64,000 nt of DNA from Candidatus Magasanikiibacteriota bacterium (GCA_021648085.1 JAKITS010000001.1:260948-324947); one strand, 5' to 3'; shown: positions 29,341-39,382, numbered from the stretch's first letter. Notes: generated by a model from the letters alone, not told the origin. Made by a program: numbers and translations.

Positions 29341-31599
29341 TTAAAAATTATTTATAACCCATTTGCTTAGTTTATTTGGCTCTACAAATCGGTTTTGGTA
29401 ATCTGGATTTCCCATTGTTGTTATTACAAACTTTTTGCCATCAGATTTTCTTTCTATTAACATTGCTAAGTTTGATCCGGCTTCGTACAAAAACCCTGTT
29501 TTACTAGAAATTATATTGTAAGGTAAATCGGTGTATTCAAGTAACTCGTTAGTGTTATAGTCATAATGATGTTCTCGACCATCTTTATCAATAATTTCAT
29601 CATATTCATAGCTAGCCAGCCCCATTATTTTTTGCAAAGATCCATTTGCTATTACTTTTTTGAAAAGTTTTGTATAGTCTAAAACTGTAGATTTATTGCC
29701 TAAATCATATCCATAAGTGTCTGTAAAACTAGTATTCGAAAGTTCCCATTCTGTTGCTTGTTTATTCATCCTAGAAATAAATGAAGGCTCGTATTTTTCT
29801 ACCTCACTCACTAACATTTTAGCGGGTGTGTTTAGAGATGAAACAAGGAGTGCATTCATTATATCTTTGTTTCTAAAAGTTTCTCCTTCAGAAACGCGGA
29901 AGTAATGCATCGTAGATTTGTGTTCACTAGATTTGTATGTGACTGTTCCAATGTTTGAAAGTGTAAGTCCTTCTTGCAAAAGTCTGAAAGCTGTCATAAC
30001 TTTTGTAAAAGAAGCCATTGGTCGAATTACATTTATATTTTTTCCAGCAAGAATTTTTTCAGTTTCATATTCAGTCACAAGATAAGCGTCTATTGTTGTT
30101 TCAAAAACATCTCCCACAAAAGCTGTCTCAGTTTCAGGAGTTTTTTCCATTAAATCTTCTATATTGCTCGGTATTTCTTCTATTGTGGGTTCTTGTGCTA
30201 CTACTTGAGTTGTTTGGTTTACTGGTTGAATTTCGCCACGCAAATATATTGCTTCTCCAGTAATATGACTCATTCCAGTAAACTGATCTGTCCAAATTAT
30301 ATTTTTCCAGTTAAATCCAAGTCCGTTGAAAACATCTTCATCTGCAATGTGTCTTTTTTTACCATTTTCAACTACATAAATTTTGTTTGAGCCTGTGATT
30401 CCAAAAAGTGTTCCATTTTTAAATAATATAGCATTTCCCAAAACTAATTCTCCTAAATCTGCTAAGTTTACAGTTTCTATTGAAAATTCAGAAAAATTTG
30501 TTTTTGCTATCTGCGGATCTGTCACTGGCATGTAAACACCACTTTTAAAGAAGTAATATTTACCAAGTTCTTCTATCTTTAATAATCTACCAAGCGGATT
30601 TTCTTGGTTGGCTGTGATAGTTTCACCTATTGAGTAAGCATCCAAATCTGCAGTTGTGACATTCACAATTTCATCTGGATGATATCCAAGTTGTTTTACT
30701 GTTTCGTAGTTTGCAAATGGACGCTTATGGTCATAATCAAGTAGATAATATTTTACTCCATTTTTCACAACACTAAAGTTCGGAAGGTTTAATGGTTTGC
30801 CATCTTCATATCGTGAAAGCTCGGATGCAGGAGCTGTAATAATAAATTTTGGATCAAATCTGGAAATAAGAACAGACATACTGGAAATCAATCTTTTTTC
30901 GCCATCTTGGAGTAAGTATATTAACTTAGTTTCAGCGTCTTGAAGAAGTGTTCCGTCTGGATAGCGCTGTTCAAACCAAGTATTCCAAAGTTTCCAAAAG
31001 TTTTTGTTTCCCAAAATGTGAGGAGTATAAGTATATAAAAAAGCAGTTGCAGAACTAGCTGGAACTATAGTTTGCCCATCTATATTATATGCAACTGAAG
31101 CTTTTTTAATCCACGATTCGCTATATTGGTTGTCGTAATACCAACGCATAATTCCAGCCGCACTGTCCACTTGAGTTCCAAAACCAATATGTTTTTGAAG
31201 TGTAGGGTCGCTCATACTACAATTATCACAAATTCCATAGCCAGTTGCCCAATTTAGTTGTTTTTGTGTTGGGTTTGTAGTTGAAATTAAACTTTGTTCT
31301 TTTTGTAATTTTACAAGTAGGTATTTTGGATTTATCTTGTTATCTTGTGCAGAGCGATAAATAATATCTGACGCAGTTCTGTTCACACCATTTTTGTCTG
31401 GGCTTTTGTAAGTGGATAAAAATTTTCCATTTGCCAACAAAAAAGCTTGAATATCGGCGCGGTTCATACTGGAATAATTTTGTAGTTCGGAGTCACTAAT
31501 TATAAAGTTTGGATTGAAATCTTCTACAGCAAGTACAAAAGTGCTTGGGATGAGTAAGCCTAAAATTGCCAAAAAGAATATAATTTTTGTTGATTTCAT
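29341..31599 (-). CDS. Secreted multidomain protein: lysozyme-like N-domain, repeats, C-terminal S11 D-Ala-D-Ala carboxypeptidase
   Basis: Signal peptide; INPKYLLVKLQKEQSL...YTYTPH; PDGTLL-type repeats; ASFTK, SLN, KTG motifs. Confidence 0.8.
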   Translation of the reverse strand: MKSTKIIFFLAILGLLIPSTFVLAVEDFNPNFIISDSELQNYSSMNRADIQAFLLANGKFLSTYKSPDKNGVNRTASDIIYRSAQDNKINPKYLLVKLQKEQSLISTTNPTQKQLNWATGYGICDNCSMSDPTLQKHIGFGTQVDSAAGIMRWYYDNQYSESWIKKASVAYNIDGQTIVPASSATAFLYTYTPHILGNKNFWKLWNTWFEQRYPDGTLLQDAETKLIYLLQDGEKRLISSMSVLISRFDPKFIITAPASELSRYEDGKPLNLPNFSVVKNGVKYYLLDYDHKRPFANYETVKQLGYHPDEIVNVTTADLDAYSIGETITANQENPLGRLLKIEELGKYYFFKSGVYMPVTDPQIAKTNFSEFSIETVNLADLGELVLGNAILFKNGTLFGITGSNKIYVVENGKKRHIADEDVFNGLGFNWKNIIWTDQFTGMSHITGEAIYLRGEIQPVNQTTQVVAQEPTIEEIPSNIEDLMEKTPETETAFVGDVFETTIDAYLVTEYETEKILAGKNINVIRPMASFTKVMTAFRLLQEGLTLSNIGTVTYKSSEHKSTMHYFRVSEGETFRNKDIMNALLVSSLNTPAKMLVSEVEKYEPSFISRMNKQATEWELSNTSFTDTYGYDLGNKSTVLDYTKLFKKVIANGSLQKIMGLASYEYDEIIDKDGREHHYDYNTNELLEYTDLPYNIISSKTGFLYEAGSNLAMLIERKSDGKKFVITTMGNPDYQNRFVEPNKLSKWVINNF

Positions 31600-31666
31600 A
31601 AAAGTTTGTTATTAAGTATCTATTATATCAGTAGTAAAATTAACAAACAAGAGGGGGGTTAATTAC

Positions 31667-31729
31667 TTGATTTTTTATTAAAAATATGATAGTTTAATTT
31701 TATGTCCTTTAACAACAGGAGAGGAGAAA
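31667..31729 (+). promoter_or_regulatory. sigma70 promoter + boxA-like leader + SD
   Basis: TTGATT-17-(TGn)TAGTTT, TGTCCTTTAACAA at 31703-31715, AGGAGAGGAG. Confidence 0.7.
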
Positions 31730-32860
31730 ATGAGAAAATTTGAGAAAGCAGATTTAGGTAAACTTCCAGAGAATTCTAGATTTCCATTATTGCATTTTGT
31801 TATTACACCAGATGTACTTTTTGATGAAGATGGTATGAAACTTTCAGGAATTACTTTTTTGAAAAAGTTTTTGAATCTTCATAAATTTGGACCAAAAGAT
31901 GACTTTGGATTTGCAGATACAAAAAGATTGCTTGTAAAAGTGAGTATTGTTGCACTGAAAAATCCTAGTAAAATAGGTGATTTTTTTGAAGCTTTAAAAA
32001 AAGCAGATTTTGAAGAATTTTTTGATCAGTCACTTTTTGAAGTTATTTTCATTGGAAATAACAAAAATACAAAAAATACACTTGTTTATCTTGTAGATGT
32101 TTTAAATGCAGATTTATTTTTGTCTGCAGACGAGGAATTGGTTAGACATGTTATGAATGAGGGTTTTCTCTCTGTTAAAACTATTCCAAAACGCCACCAA
32201 GAAGTAAAATCAGAAGTTCCATTTGTTTTGGCTATCGATTTTGATGGTGTTTTGGCTGATGATAGTGCGGATAGAGAATATGAAAAATATGGATTGGTCA
32301 GATTCAATGAGTATGAAACAGAAAATGAGGGTAAGCCACTTTTGTGGGGACCGTTCGTTGATTTTTCTATAAGATGTGCTGTTCTTCGTTCTGTTTTTCC
32401 AGATGATTACAGCATGTCTCCATTTCAAATTGTTTTGGCGACAGTTCGCGGTTCTACTAGGTTTTGTAGGGCTAAGCTTACTTATGAGCAGTTTAATTTT
32501 GCTCCTGATATGGTTTTCGGATCTTGTGGTGAACCAAAAGGAAAATTACTAGAAGCACTTAGTGTAGATTTGTTTATTGACGATAGTAAACAACATGTGG
32601 AAGATGCAACTAGAAATGCTGTTTACGCAGTCCATGCATTGTATGGATATAAAAATCGTAAAAGTCCTTGTTTGAATACTAAAAAGTCTATATTTGTTTT
32701 TTTGAAAGAAAAAGAAAAGATTGCGATTACTGGAAAAATACTTCCCAGAGTTAATAAAAAAGTCTCAAAACAAAAACCAAAAAAAAAAGAGATGTGGAAG
32801 ATTTTGATTCTAGTTTTGAATTTACACATACAGTATCTTGTGCATGTGACGAGTGCTTAG
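31730..32860 (+). CDS. Divergent cytosolic 5'-nucleotidase-like HAD protein
   Basis: LAIDFDGVLADD, DLFLSA, GPF, LFIDDSKQHVE; C-terminus may be frameshifted at the A10 run near 32780. Confidence 0.75.
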   Translation: MRKFEKADLGKLPENSRFPLLHFVITPDVLFDEDGMKLSGITFLKKFLNLHKFGPKDDFGFADTKRLLVKVSIVALKNPSKIGDFFEALKKADFEEFFDQSLFEVIFIGNNKNTKNTLVYLVDVLNADLFLSADEELVRHVMNEGFLSVKTIPKRHQEVKSEVPFVLAIDFDGVLADDSADREYEKYGLVRFNEYETENEGKPLLWGPFVDFSIRCAVLRSVFPDDYSMSPFQIVLATVRGSTRFCRAKLTYEQFNFAPDMVFGSCGEPKGKLLEALSVDLFIDDSKQHVEDATRNAVYAVHALYGYKNRKSPCLNTKKSIFVFLKEKEKIAITGKILPRVNKKVSKQKPKKKEMWKILILVLNLHIQYLVHVTSA

Positions 32861-32905
32861 AAAAAGATATGTTGAGTAATAAATAATAAAAATAAGAGCG
32901 TTGTT

Positions 32906-33442
32906 TCAACGCTCTTTTATTTTATTCAAAATAAATTGTAAGTGAATATTGTAATCAATGGTTGGTAAAAGTTCGTGATAATTTATTTTATGTTTTTTTA
33001 ATAATAAAGAAATTAAATCATCTATTTCATTTCTAAAATCAGAATCTACTGAGCGTACACCATCGTTAGTTGCTTCTAGGCCAAGTTTTTTTGTTTTAAA
33101 TACAAAATCATAACTTGGCATATGTTCTACAGCTTTTTTTTCATATTCATATAAATCCAAATCTTTTGAAGCTCTTTGCATATAAGCAAAATTATCTAAA
33201 GTCGCACGGTCACAAATCAAAAAACCATTTGGCAGGTATAATTCATTTTCAAGCCTAAACTGATTATCTAAAATCCATTTTTGTGCTTTAAAATTGGAAG
33301 CTTCGTTTATTGGAAAGGGACACTCGCGCGCAAGTTCATTTAGATAATTTACATTATTACCAAGTTCATTCAATTTTTCCGCTAGAATTCTGCCAAGAGT
33401 AGTTTTTCCAGTTGAGTGTGTTCCAATTAATGCAATTTTCAT
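32906..33442 (-). CDS. AAA_28/NadR-type P-loop kinase
   Basis: GTHSTGKTT, ELAR, CDRATLD, DGVR. Confidence 0.85.
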   Translation of the reverse strand: MKIALIGTHSTGKTTLGRILAEKLNELGNNVNYLNELARECPFPINEASNFKAQKWILDNQFRLENELYLPNGFLICDRATLDNFAYMQRASKDLDLYEYEKKAVEHMPSYDFVFKTKKLGLEATNDGVRSVDSDFRNEIDDLISLLLKKHKINYHELLPTIDYNIHLQFILNKIKER

Positions 33443-33539
33443 TTAATATGATTATTTAATTTTATAAAAAGTATATCATACTTGAAATTTATGCTAATGT
33501 TTATATAAAGGCTCTTTAAATATTTTAAAGGAGGATAAT

Positions 33540-33992
33540 GTGGAATTTCAAAAGCTGTATAAATTATCTGTTTTTATTTTTGTTGCAATCACTATAATAA
33601 TTGCAACAATTTATTTAAATGTCGGTTGTGATGATTTTAGAGACACAAAAATATCTATAGAATATGAAAATATGATAGAAGTAGGAGATATTTTTTTTGT
33701 AAGAGCTAGTGCATCGCTTTCACTTCCCGAAAACCCTATATTTTTAAAAGGAACAAAGCAAGAACATAGAAATTTAAATAAAAGATACTCATTAATTTTA
33801 GGGCGTTGGTGTAAATTAAAAAAAGGTGGATATTTCAAAGTTTTAGATTTAAATAAGGATGAAGACGAAAACACAACTATTACATTTATTTATATTTTGA
33901 ATGATTTAAGGTATCCCTCAAATAATTTTTGTCCGAGTGGTCTGAAAGGGTATTTATATTTAGATGAATTCATTTCAAAAATAGAACAATAA
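33540..33992 (+). CDS. Hypothetical membrane-anchored protein (SD-led orphan)
   Basis: TGnTAATGT, GGCTCTTTAAA leader, AAGGAGG SD; N-terminal TM. Confidence 0.6.
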   Translation: MEFQKLYKLSVFIFVAITIIIATIYLNVGCDDFRDTKISIEYENMIEVGDIFFVRASASLSLPENPIFLKGTKQEHRNLNKRYSLILGRWCKLKKGGYFKVLDLNKDEDENTTITFIYILNDLRYPSNNFCPSGLKGYLYLDEFISKIEQ

Positions 33993-33995
33993 GAA

Positions 33996-34017
33996 AAGGT
34001 CGCAAATTTGCGACCTT
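33996..34017. terminator. Bidirectional terminator
   Basis: Perfect palindrome AAGGTCGCAAATTTGCGACCTT. Confidence 0.75.
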
Positions 34018-34023
34018 ATTTTT

Positions 34024-34503
34024 TTACCAACCTTTTCCATTTCCATTTGTTGGTTTTTTTTGAGATTTTACTTTTTTATATTTTTCCACTGGCGTTGGAT
34101 TTTGAACAGAGAGAACTATGGAATTATCAACAAGAAGTTTATATATCTCGTCTGGATTTCCTTTGAAGGTAAAATTTCCTTTTAAAGTTGCAAAACTTTC
34201 TTCTAAATCTTCAGTATAACCTTGTGTGCAAAAACTTAATTCAGCAGTTTCTGCTTTTATACCTAAACTATTTTTTAAAAAAGGAATTAAGTCTGAAATT
34301 TCACTTAAAAAAGATTGCTCTACGCCGACTGCTAATTCTATTTCAACTTTCCAAAGCCACTGATTGCAGTTTAAACAATAATACGTGCCACTAGTATAGA
34401 CACCAGCATTTCTCATTATAAGAACAAGTTTAGACGGATTTTTCCTACATTTTTTGCAAGCAGAAAAAAAATTTCCACGAGATCTTTCATATTTATATCC
34501 CAT
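34024..34503 (-). CDS. Hypothetical protein with Zn-ribbon-like CxxC...CxxC (SD-led orphan)
   Basis: AAGGAGGT SD before ATG 34503; CKKC...CLNC. Confidence 0.6.
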   Translation of the reverse strand: MGYKYERSRGNFFSACKKCRKNPSKLVLIMRNAGVYTSGTYYCLNCNQWLWKVEIELAVGVEQSFLSEISDLIPFLKNSLGIKAETAELSFCTQGYTEDLEESFATLKGNFTFKGNPDEIYKLLVDNSIVLSVQNPTPVEKYKKVKSQKKPTNGNGKGW

Positions 34504-34620
34504 TTCTACCTCCTTTGGTATGTATATAGTATCCATTTTATTTTTATTTTTGTCAATTTTCATTGACAAAATACTTATTTTATGATAAGTTTCTCTGTAC
34601 GCATTTACACAGGAGGATCT

Positions 34621-34773
34621 GTGAATAAGTTTTTTGAGTTCTTTTTGGAGTTTGTTTTATTTGTCCTTTCTTTAGCTGTATTTGCTTTTATTGCAAAAGC
34701 ACATTATTCTCATGTAAAAATTAACAGTAAATATGTTAAAGAGAGAAATGCGAGAAAAGCTCGCTTATTCTAA
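34621..34773 (+). CDS. Small TM protein (SD-led orphan)
   Basis: TTGACA-17-(TGn)TAAGTT, AGGAGG SD, GTG start, terminator 34783-34810. Confidence 0.55.
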   Translation: MNKFFEFFLEFVLFVLSLAVFAFIAKAHYSHVKINSKYVKERNARKARLF

Positions 34774-34868
34774 ATTTTAAACAAAAGAAGGTTATTTAAA
34801 ACCTTCTTTTTCTTTTTATCTTGATTTTTAGTTAAAATTGGTATAATCTGTATATATAAATAAAGACT

Positions 34869-35534
34869 ATGAACAAAGGAAAATTATACATTGTGGCTAC
34901 TCCAATTGGAAATTTGGGGGATATAAGCCAAAGAGCATTAGATATATTGCATGAAGTGGATGCAATTTATTGTGAAGATACGAGAGTGACTAGTAAACTC
35001 TTGAGTTATTTTAATATACAAAAAACACTGCAATCTTATCATCAACATAGCGAAGATAAAAAAGCACATGAGATTTTGGATCAGCTAAATTACGGAAAAG
35101 ATTTGGCATTGGTGACAGACGCTGGAACTCCGGGGATTAGTGATCCTGGAGGTAAATTGGTTGAATTTTTGTCTTATGAAAATATAGAAATGATACCAAT
35201 TCCAGGAGCTAGTGCGGTGGTTACAGCACTAAGTGCTTGTGGATTTCCAGCAGAAAAATTTTTATTTTTAGGTTTTCCACCACACAAATCTAAGCGTAAA
35301 AAGTTTTTTACAGAAGTTGCGGAAAACAAATATACAACAGTTTTTTATGAATCTCCTTATAGAATTCACAAAGCACTAAAAAATTTAAAGGAAGTTTTAG
35401 GCGAAGATAGGCAAATTTGTATTTGTCGTGAACTTACAAAAAAGTTTGAAACTATATATCGTGGTACAATAGAAGAAATTATTGCACAAGATATTCCTGC
35501 AAGAGGGGAATTTGTTGTAGTTGTTAGAAAATAG
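34869..35534 (+). CDS. rsmI: 16S rRNA C1402 2'-O-methyltransferase
   Basis: LYIVATPIGNL, CEDTR, DAGTPGISDPG, RELTK.FE. Confidence 0.96.
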   Translation: MNKGKLYIVATPIGNLGDISQRALDILHEVDAIYCEDTRVTSKLLSYFNIQKTLQSYHQHSEDKKAHEILDQLNYGKDLALVTDAGTPGISDPGGKLVEFLSYENIEMIPIPGASAVVTALSACGFPAEKFLFLGFPPHKSKRKKFFTEVAENKYTTVFYESPYRIHKALKNLKEVLGEDRQICICRELTKKFETIYRGTIEEIIAQDIPARGEFVVVVRK

Positions 35535-35539
35535 AAAAT

Positions 35540-37066
35540 ATGAAAAATTTTTACATTAGTACATCTATTCCCTATGTAAATGGTGAACCACACATTGGCC
35601 ATTCTTTGGAATTTATTCAGGCAGATGTGGTGGCGCGTTACAATCGTCTTTTGGGAAAAGATGTATTTTTTGTTTCTGGAACAGATGAAAATTCACTGAA
35701 AAATGTGCAATCAGCAAATAAAGATGGAAAAGATGTAAAAGATTTTGTAGATGAGTATTCACAGAAATTCCAAGATTTGGTAAAAGATTTGGATATTTCA
35801 GTGGATGATTTTATTCGTACCACAGAAGATAGGCATTTCAAAGGTGCACAAAAACTTTGGGAAACATTAAATAAGGATGATATTTATAAAAAGAAATATA
35901 AAGGACTTTATTGTGTTGGTTGTGAAGCTTTTTATAATGAAGATGAATTGGAAGATGGAAAATGTCCAGAACACAAAAAAGAACCAGAAGTTATTGAAGA
36001 GGAGAATTATTTTTTTAAACTTTCAAAATATGCAGATAAAATAAAAGAACTTTTGAATTCAAAAGAACTGCAAATTATTCCAGAAAATAGAAAAAATGAA
36101 GCACTGTCTTTCATAGAAAAAGGGTTAGAAGATTTTAGTATTTCTAGATCAATCGAGCGTGCACACGGTTGGGGAGTGCCAGTTCCAAATGACAAAAGTC
36201 AGATAATGTATGTTTGGGTAGATGCGCTTTCAAATTATATAAACGCACTTGGTTTTGCAGAAGATTCACAAAAATACAAAGATTTTTGGATTCAAGAAGG
36301 TCAGGATAGGGAAGTGCTGCATACTTTAGGAAAAGGAATTTCTAGATTTCATGTTTTGTACTGGATTGGTTTACTGCTTTCTGCAAAAATTCCACTTCCT
36401 ACACAAGAATTTATACACGGATATATCACTATAAACGGTGAAAAAATAAGTAAATCACTTGGGAATGTAATTGCACCAAAAGAATTGGTGGAGAGGTATG
36501 GAGCGGACGCAACTCGTTTTTATCTTTTAGGTGCTGTTTCTAGTTTTCAAGATGGAGACTTTTCTTTTGATAAATGCGATGAGTATTACACAGCGCATTT
36601 GGTAAATGGAATTGGAAATTTAACCTCTCGTGTTTTGACAATGGCAGAAAAATACACCAAAAATTTAGTGCCAGCAGTAAAATACGATGTTTTTGATACA
36701 GAAAACTTTTGGGTAGATTACAAAAAAGCTATAGAAAATTTTGATTTTCAAAGAGCTGTAAAACAAATAAATAGTTTAACTGCAAAAGTAGATGGTTATA
36801 TTTCCGAGCAAAAACCTTGGGAAAAGGCAAAAGCAGGCGAGGATGTTTCTGGGACTGTTTATCAACTTTTGGAAGTGTTGCGTCATTTGGCTGTGGCACT
36901 TTTACCAATAATTCCTAGTACAGCAAAGCAAATTTTGGTACAATTAGACATAGAAAAGGAAGATTTAAATTTTGAACAAGAAACTGCGTGGGGACTTCTA
37001 AAACCTCAAAGCGAAATTAAAAAAGGTAAAATTCTTTTTCCAAGATTAGAGAGGTTAGCAGACTAA
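35540..37066 (+). CDS. metG: Methionine--tRNA ligase
   Basis: YVNGEPHIGH, YVWVDAL, KISKSLGN. Confidence 0.96.
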   Translation: MKNFYISTSIPYVNGEPHIGHSLEFIQADVVARYNRLLGKDVFFVSGTDENSLKNVQSANKDGKDVKDFVDEYSQKFQDLVKDLDISVDDFIRTTEDRHFKGAQKLWETLNKDDIYKKKYKGLYCVGCEAFYNEDELEDGKCPEHKKEPEVIEEENYFFKLSKYADKIKELLNSKELQIIPENRKNEALSFIEKGLEDFSISRSIERAHGWGVPVPNDKSQIMYVWVDALSNYINALGFAEDSQKYKDFWIQEGQDREVLHTLGKGISRFHVLYWIGLLLSAKIPLPTQEFIHGYITINGEKISKSLGNVIAPKELVERYGADATRFYLLGAVSSFQDGDFSFDKCDEYYTAHLVNGIGNLTSRVLTMAEKYTKNLVPAVKYDVFDTENFWVDYKKAIENFDFQRAVKQINSLTAKVDGYISEQKPWEKAKAGEDVSGTVYQLLEVLRHLAVALLPIIPSTAKQILVQLDIEKEDLNFEQETAWGLLKPQSEIKKGKILFPRLERLAD

Positions 37067-37089
37067 GAAGGAAGAGGAGTTAAAAAGTT

Positions 37090-37238
37090 TATGTTTAATG
37101 ATATAAATTGGGGGATCCTTCGACTTCGCTCAGGATGACGTCTTTTTTTATGTCATATTGAGCGAAGTGAAACGGAGTCGAAATATCCCCATGCAATATC
37201 ACAAAATATAAATAATCAAAATAAAACATTAGTCCAGT
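37090..37238. repeat. Second copy of the REP-like element
   Basis: GGGATCCTTCGACTTCGCTCAGGATGACG...GTCATATTGAGCGAAG...GAGTCGAAATATCCCC, colinear with about 20008-20160. Confidence 0.75.
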
Positions 37239-37336
37239 TTTATACTTTCCTAACCCAAACGAACAAAGTGAGTGATTCACCAAGCAAACAAAGAGCCTAG
37301 CGATTCATCATTCTTATTAATATAAAATTCTTCCAT

Positions 37337-37882
37337 ATGGAATTCCATTTAATTGACGTAGTTTTTATAGTCATAATTTCTGGATTTGCGTTTTTTGGGT
37401 TTTGGTTTGGTTTTGTTCATACTTTAGGTTCACTTCTTGGAACTATTTTTGGTGCTTTTGTGGCGAGTAGATATTACGAAGGTTTTGCAGGTTGGCTAAT
37501 GAGTATAATGGGGTGGGATGAGAATGCAACTAGAGTTCTGGCATTTATAATTCTATTTTTTACATTAAACAGACTTTTTGGTTTGGTATTTTCTATTTTA
37601 GATAAATTTTTAGGTGTAATTACAAAAATGCCTTTTGTTCGTTCGTTCAATAAATTCCTTGGATTATTGTTTGGACTTTTGGAAGGATTACTTAGTATTG
37701 GGTTGGTAATTTATTTTATAGAGCGTTTTCCATTGGCAGACAAACTTATGGAAAACTTAGCAGAATCTGTTGTTGCTCCATACGCCTCTAAAACAGCCTA
37801 TGTATTTTTACCACTTTTGCCAGACGCTCTGAAAATACTTCAGTCTACAGTAGATTATGTTGCAAATATCTTCCTAAAATAA
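37337..37882 (+). CDS. CvpA (colicin V production) family membrane protein
   Basis: IDVVF...GFWFGF, NKFLGLLFG, S motif before the last helix. Confidence 0.85.
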   Translation: MEFHLIDVVFIVIISGFAFFGFWFGFVHTLGSLLGTIFGAFVASRYYEGFAGWLMSIMGWDENATRVLAFIILFFTLNRLFGLVFSILDKFLGVITKMPFVRSFNKFLGLLFGLLEGLLSIGLVIYFIERFPLADKLMENLAESVVAPYASKTAYVFLPLLPDALKILQSTVDYVANIFLK

Positions 37883-37892
37883 ACTTCAATTA

Positions 37893-37920
37893 AAAAACTC
37901 GCTAAATTTAGCGAGTTTTT
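37893..37920. terminator. Bidirectional terminator
   Basis: Perfect palindrome AAAAACTCGCTAAATTTAGCGAGTTTTT. Confidence 0.78.
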
Positions 37921-37925
37921 AACCT

Positions 37926-38315
37926 CTAGAACTCAAAATATTTTACTGTAATTGTATGAATATCGCAGAAATTAAAAGATAGTGTCTCGTGCACTTTTTC
38001 ATTTTTATTTGGTTGGGGTGTATATAAAAATAAAACTGAATTTTCTGATATATCAACCTCAACTTTATTTATAGGTGAAATTGTAATAGTAAAAAATTTA
38101 GAGAGATTTTTATCTAGAGTTTCAAAAATCTGTTTTTTTGCAATAAATCTAATTTGACAAACACCATCATAATTTAATGCATCTTTAATTTGTTTTATTA
38201 TTAAAGTATAATTTTCTTTAGGCTTGTCTAATTTATCAATTGCATCAGAAATTTTTCCAAGAGCATTAACCAAATCATTTTTAATTTTTTTTGCAGTTTC
38301 ACTCAATTTAAACAC
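37926..38315 (-). CDS. Hypothetical protein (SD-led orphan)
   Basis: TTGACT-17-(TGn)TAAATT, GTTCATTTTATAA leader, AAGGGGGT SD, GTG start. Confidence 0.6.
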   Translation of the reverse strand: MFKLSETAKKIKNDLVNALGKISDAIDKLDKPKENYTLIIKQIKDALNYDGVCQIRFIAKKQIFETLDKNLSKFFTITISPINKVEVDISENSVLFLYTPQPNKNEKVHETLSFNFCDIHTITVKYFEF

Positions 38316-38435
38316 GATAAACCCCCTTTATATTCTGGTTTTATAAAATGAACTGTAATAAATTTAGCATAAAATAGTAAAAAAGTCAATAAAAAAGCTT
38401 GTAATGTTATAATTAATAATGCATAATATTCGAAT

Positions 38436-39377
38436 ATGTATTTAGACAAAACAAAAAAGTTATTAATTAGAGAAACATTAGCATTGTTAGATGTTGTTTG
38501 TGGTTTGGAAAATATTCCTTTGGATTTAATAAAAGATAATCAAATTTATTCAGCAGAAGATTTACATAAAAGTTGGAATTTTTTGACTGATCCAAAAAAT
38601 CACAATGAAAAAGAGTTTTGCTATTTGGTTCACGGCTTGCAAAATAGTATTTCACGAATAAAGCAGTTTTTGTTTATTTACGAAAAAGATGTCTGGAATG
38701 ATACTCATTATTTTGATTTATTGAAAAATCCGTTTGAGATAAATAAAAAGAAATTAATTTCTGCGTCGGTTGTAAATAATTCTCACATAAAAACTTATGG
38801 CGAACTTGGTTTAATTTTAAAATTTCCGTTTGAAAATATTCTGCACACTTGTATTTCGGACAGTGGCACAGATTTTACAAACCCAGAATGTGTTTTGAAA
38901 AATTCCAAGAAAATAGTTTTACCAATAGAAAATTTGATAAATCAAAGTTGTAAAAATAGTTCATATAATGAAGTGGTTTTGACAGGAAAAACAGAAAGTG
39001 GAGAGATAGAGACTGTTGGATTTTGGGTAAATACTTTTGAAGATGGAGAGCCGATAGATATGGATGGTTCGGATAAATTAGCTTTTTTGAGTAAAGAATA
39101 TAATTTGCCATTAATAAAATTTGTAAGGAATATAGATGATTTGCAAGAGAAATTATTGGAAGTTCTGGAAAGAATAAAAAATAAAAATCATTACTCACTT
39201 GCAATAAATGAAGGTGAAAAGAAATTTTTGGTAGATTGCAGTGCAGGAAATTTTAGAATGATAAACGAAAAATTAGAAGAAATAAAACTAGATTTAGAAA
39301 CTACAAGAAAAATAGAAGAAAGAACTTTAAAATTATTACAAAACCTTGCAAATAGCTGGGAAAAAGCGTTAATATAA
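38436..39377 (+). CDS. Hypothetical protein, possible ADP-ribosyltransferase-like fold
   Basis: YLVHG...ISASVV...YGELGLIL...SYNEVVL motif order. Confidence 0.5.
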   Translation: MYLDKTKKLLIRETLALLDVVCGLENIPLDLIKDNQIYSAEDLHKSWNFLTDPKNHNEKEFCYLVHGLQNSISRIKQFLFIYEKDVWNDTHYFDLLKNPFEINKKKLISASVVNNSHIKTYGELGLILKFPFENILHTCISDSGTDFTNPECVLKNSKKIVLPIENLINQSCKNSSYNEVVLTGKTESGEIETVGFWVNTFEDGEPIDMDGSDKLAFLSKEYNLPLIKFVRNIDDLQEKLLEVLERIKNKNHYSLAINEGEKKFLVDCSAGNFRMINEKLEEIKLDLETTRKIEERTLKLLQNLANSWEKALI

Positions 39378-39382
39378 GATGT

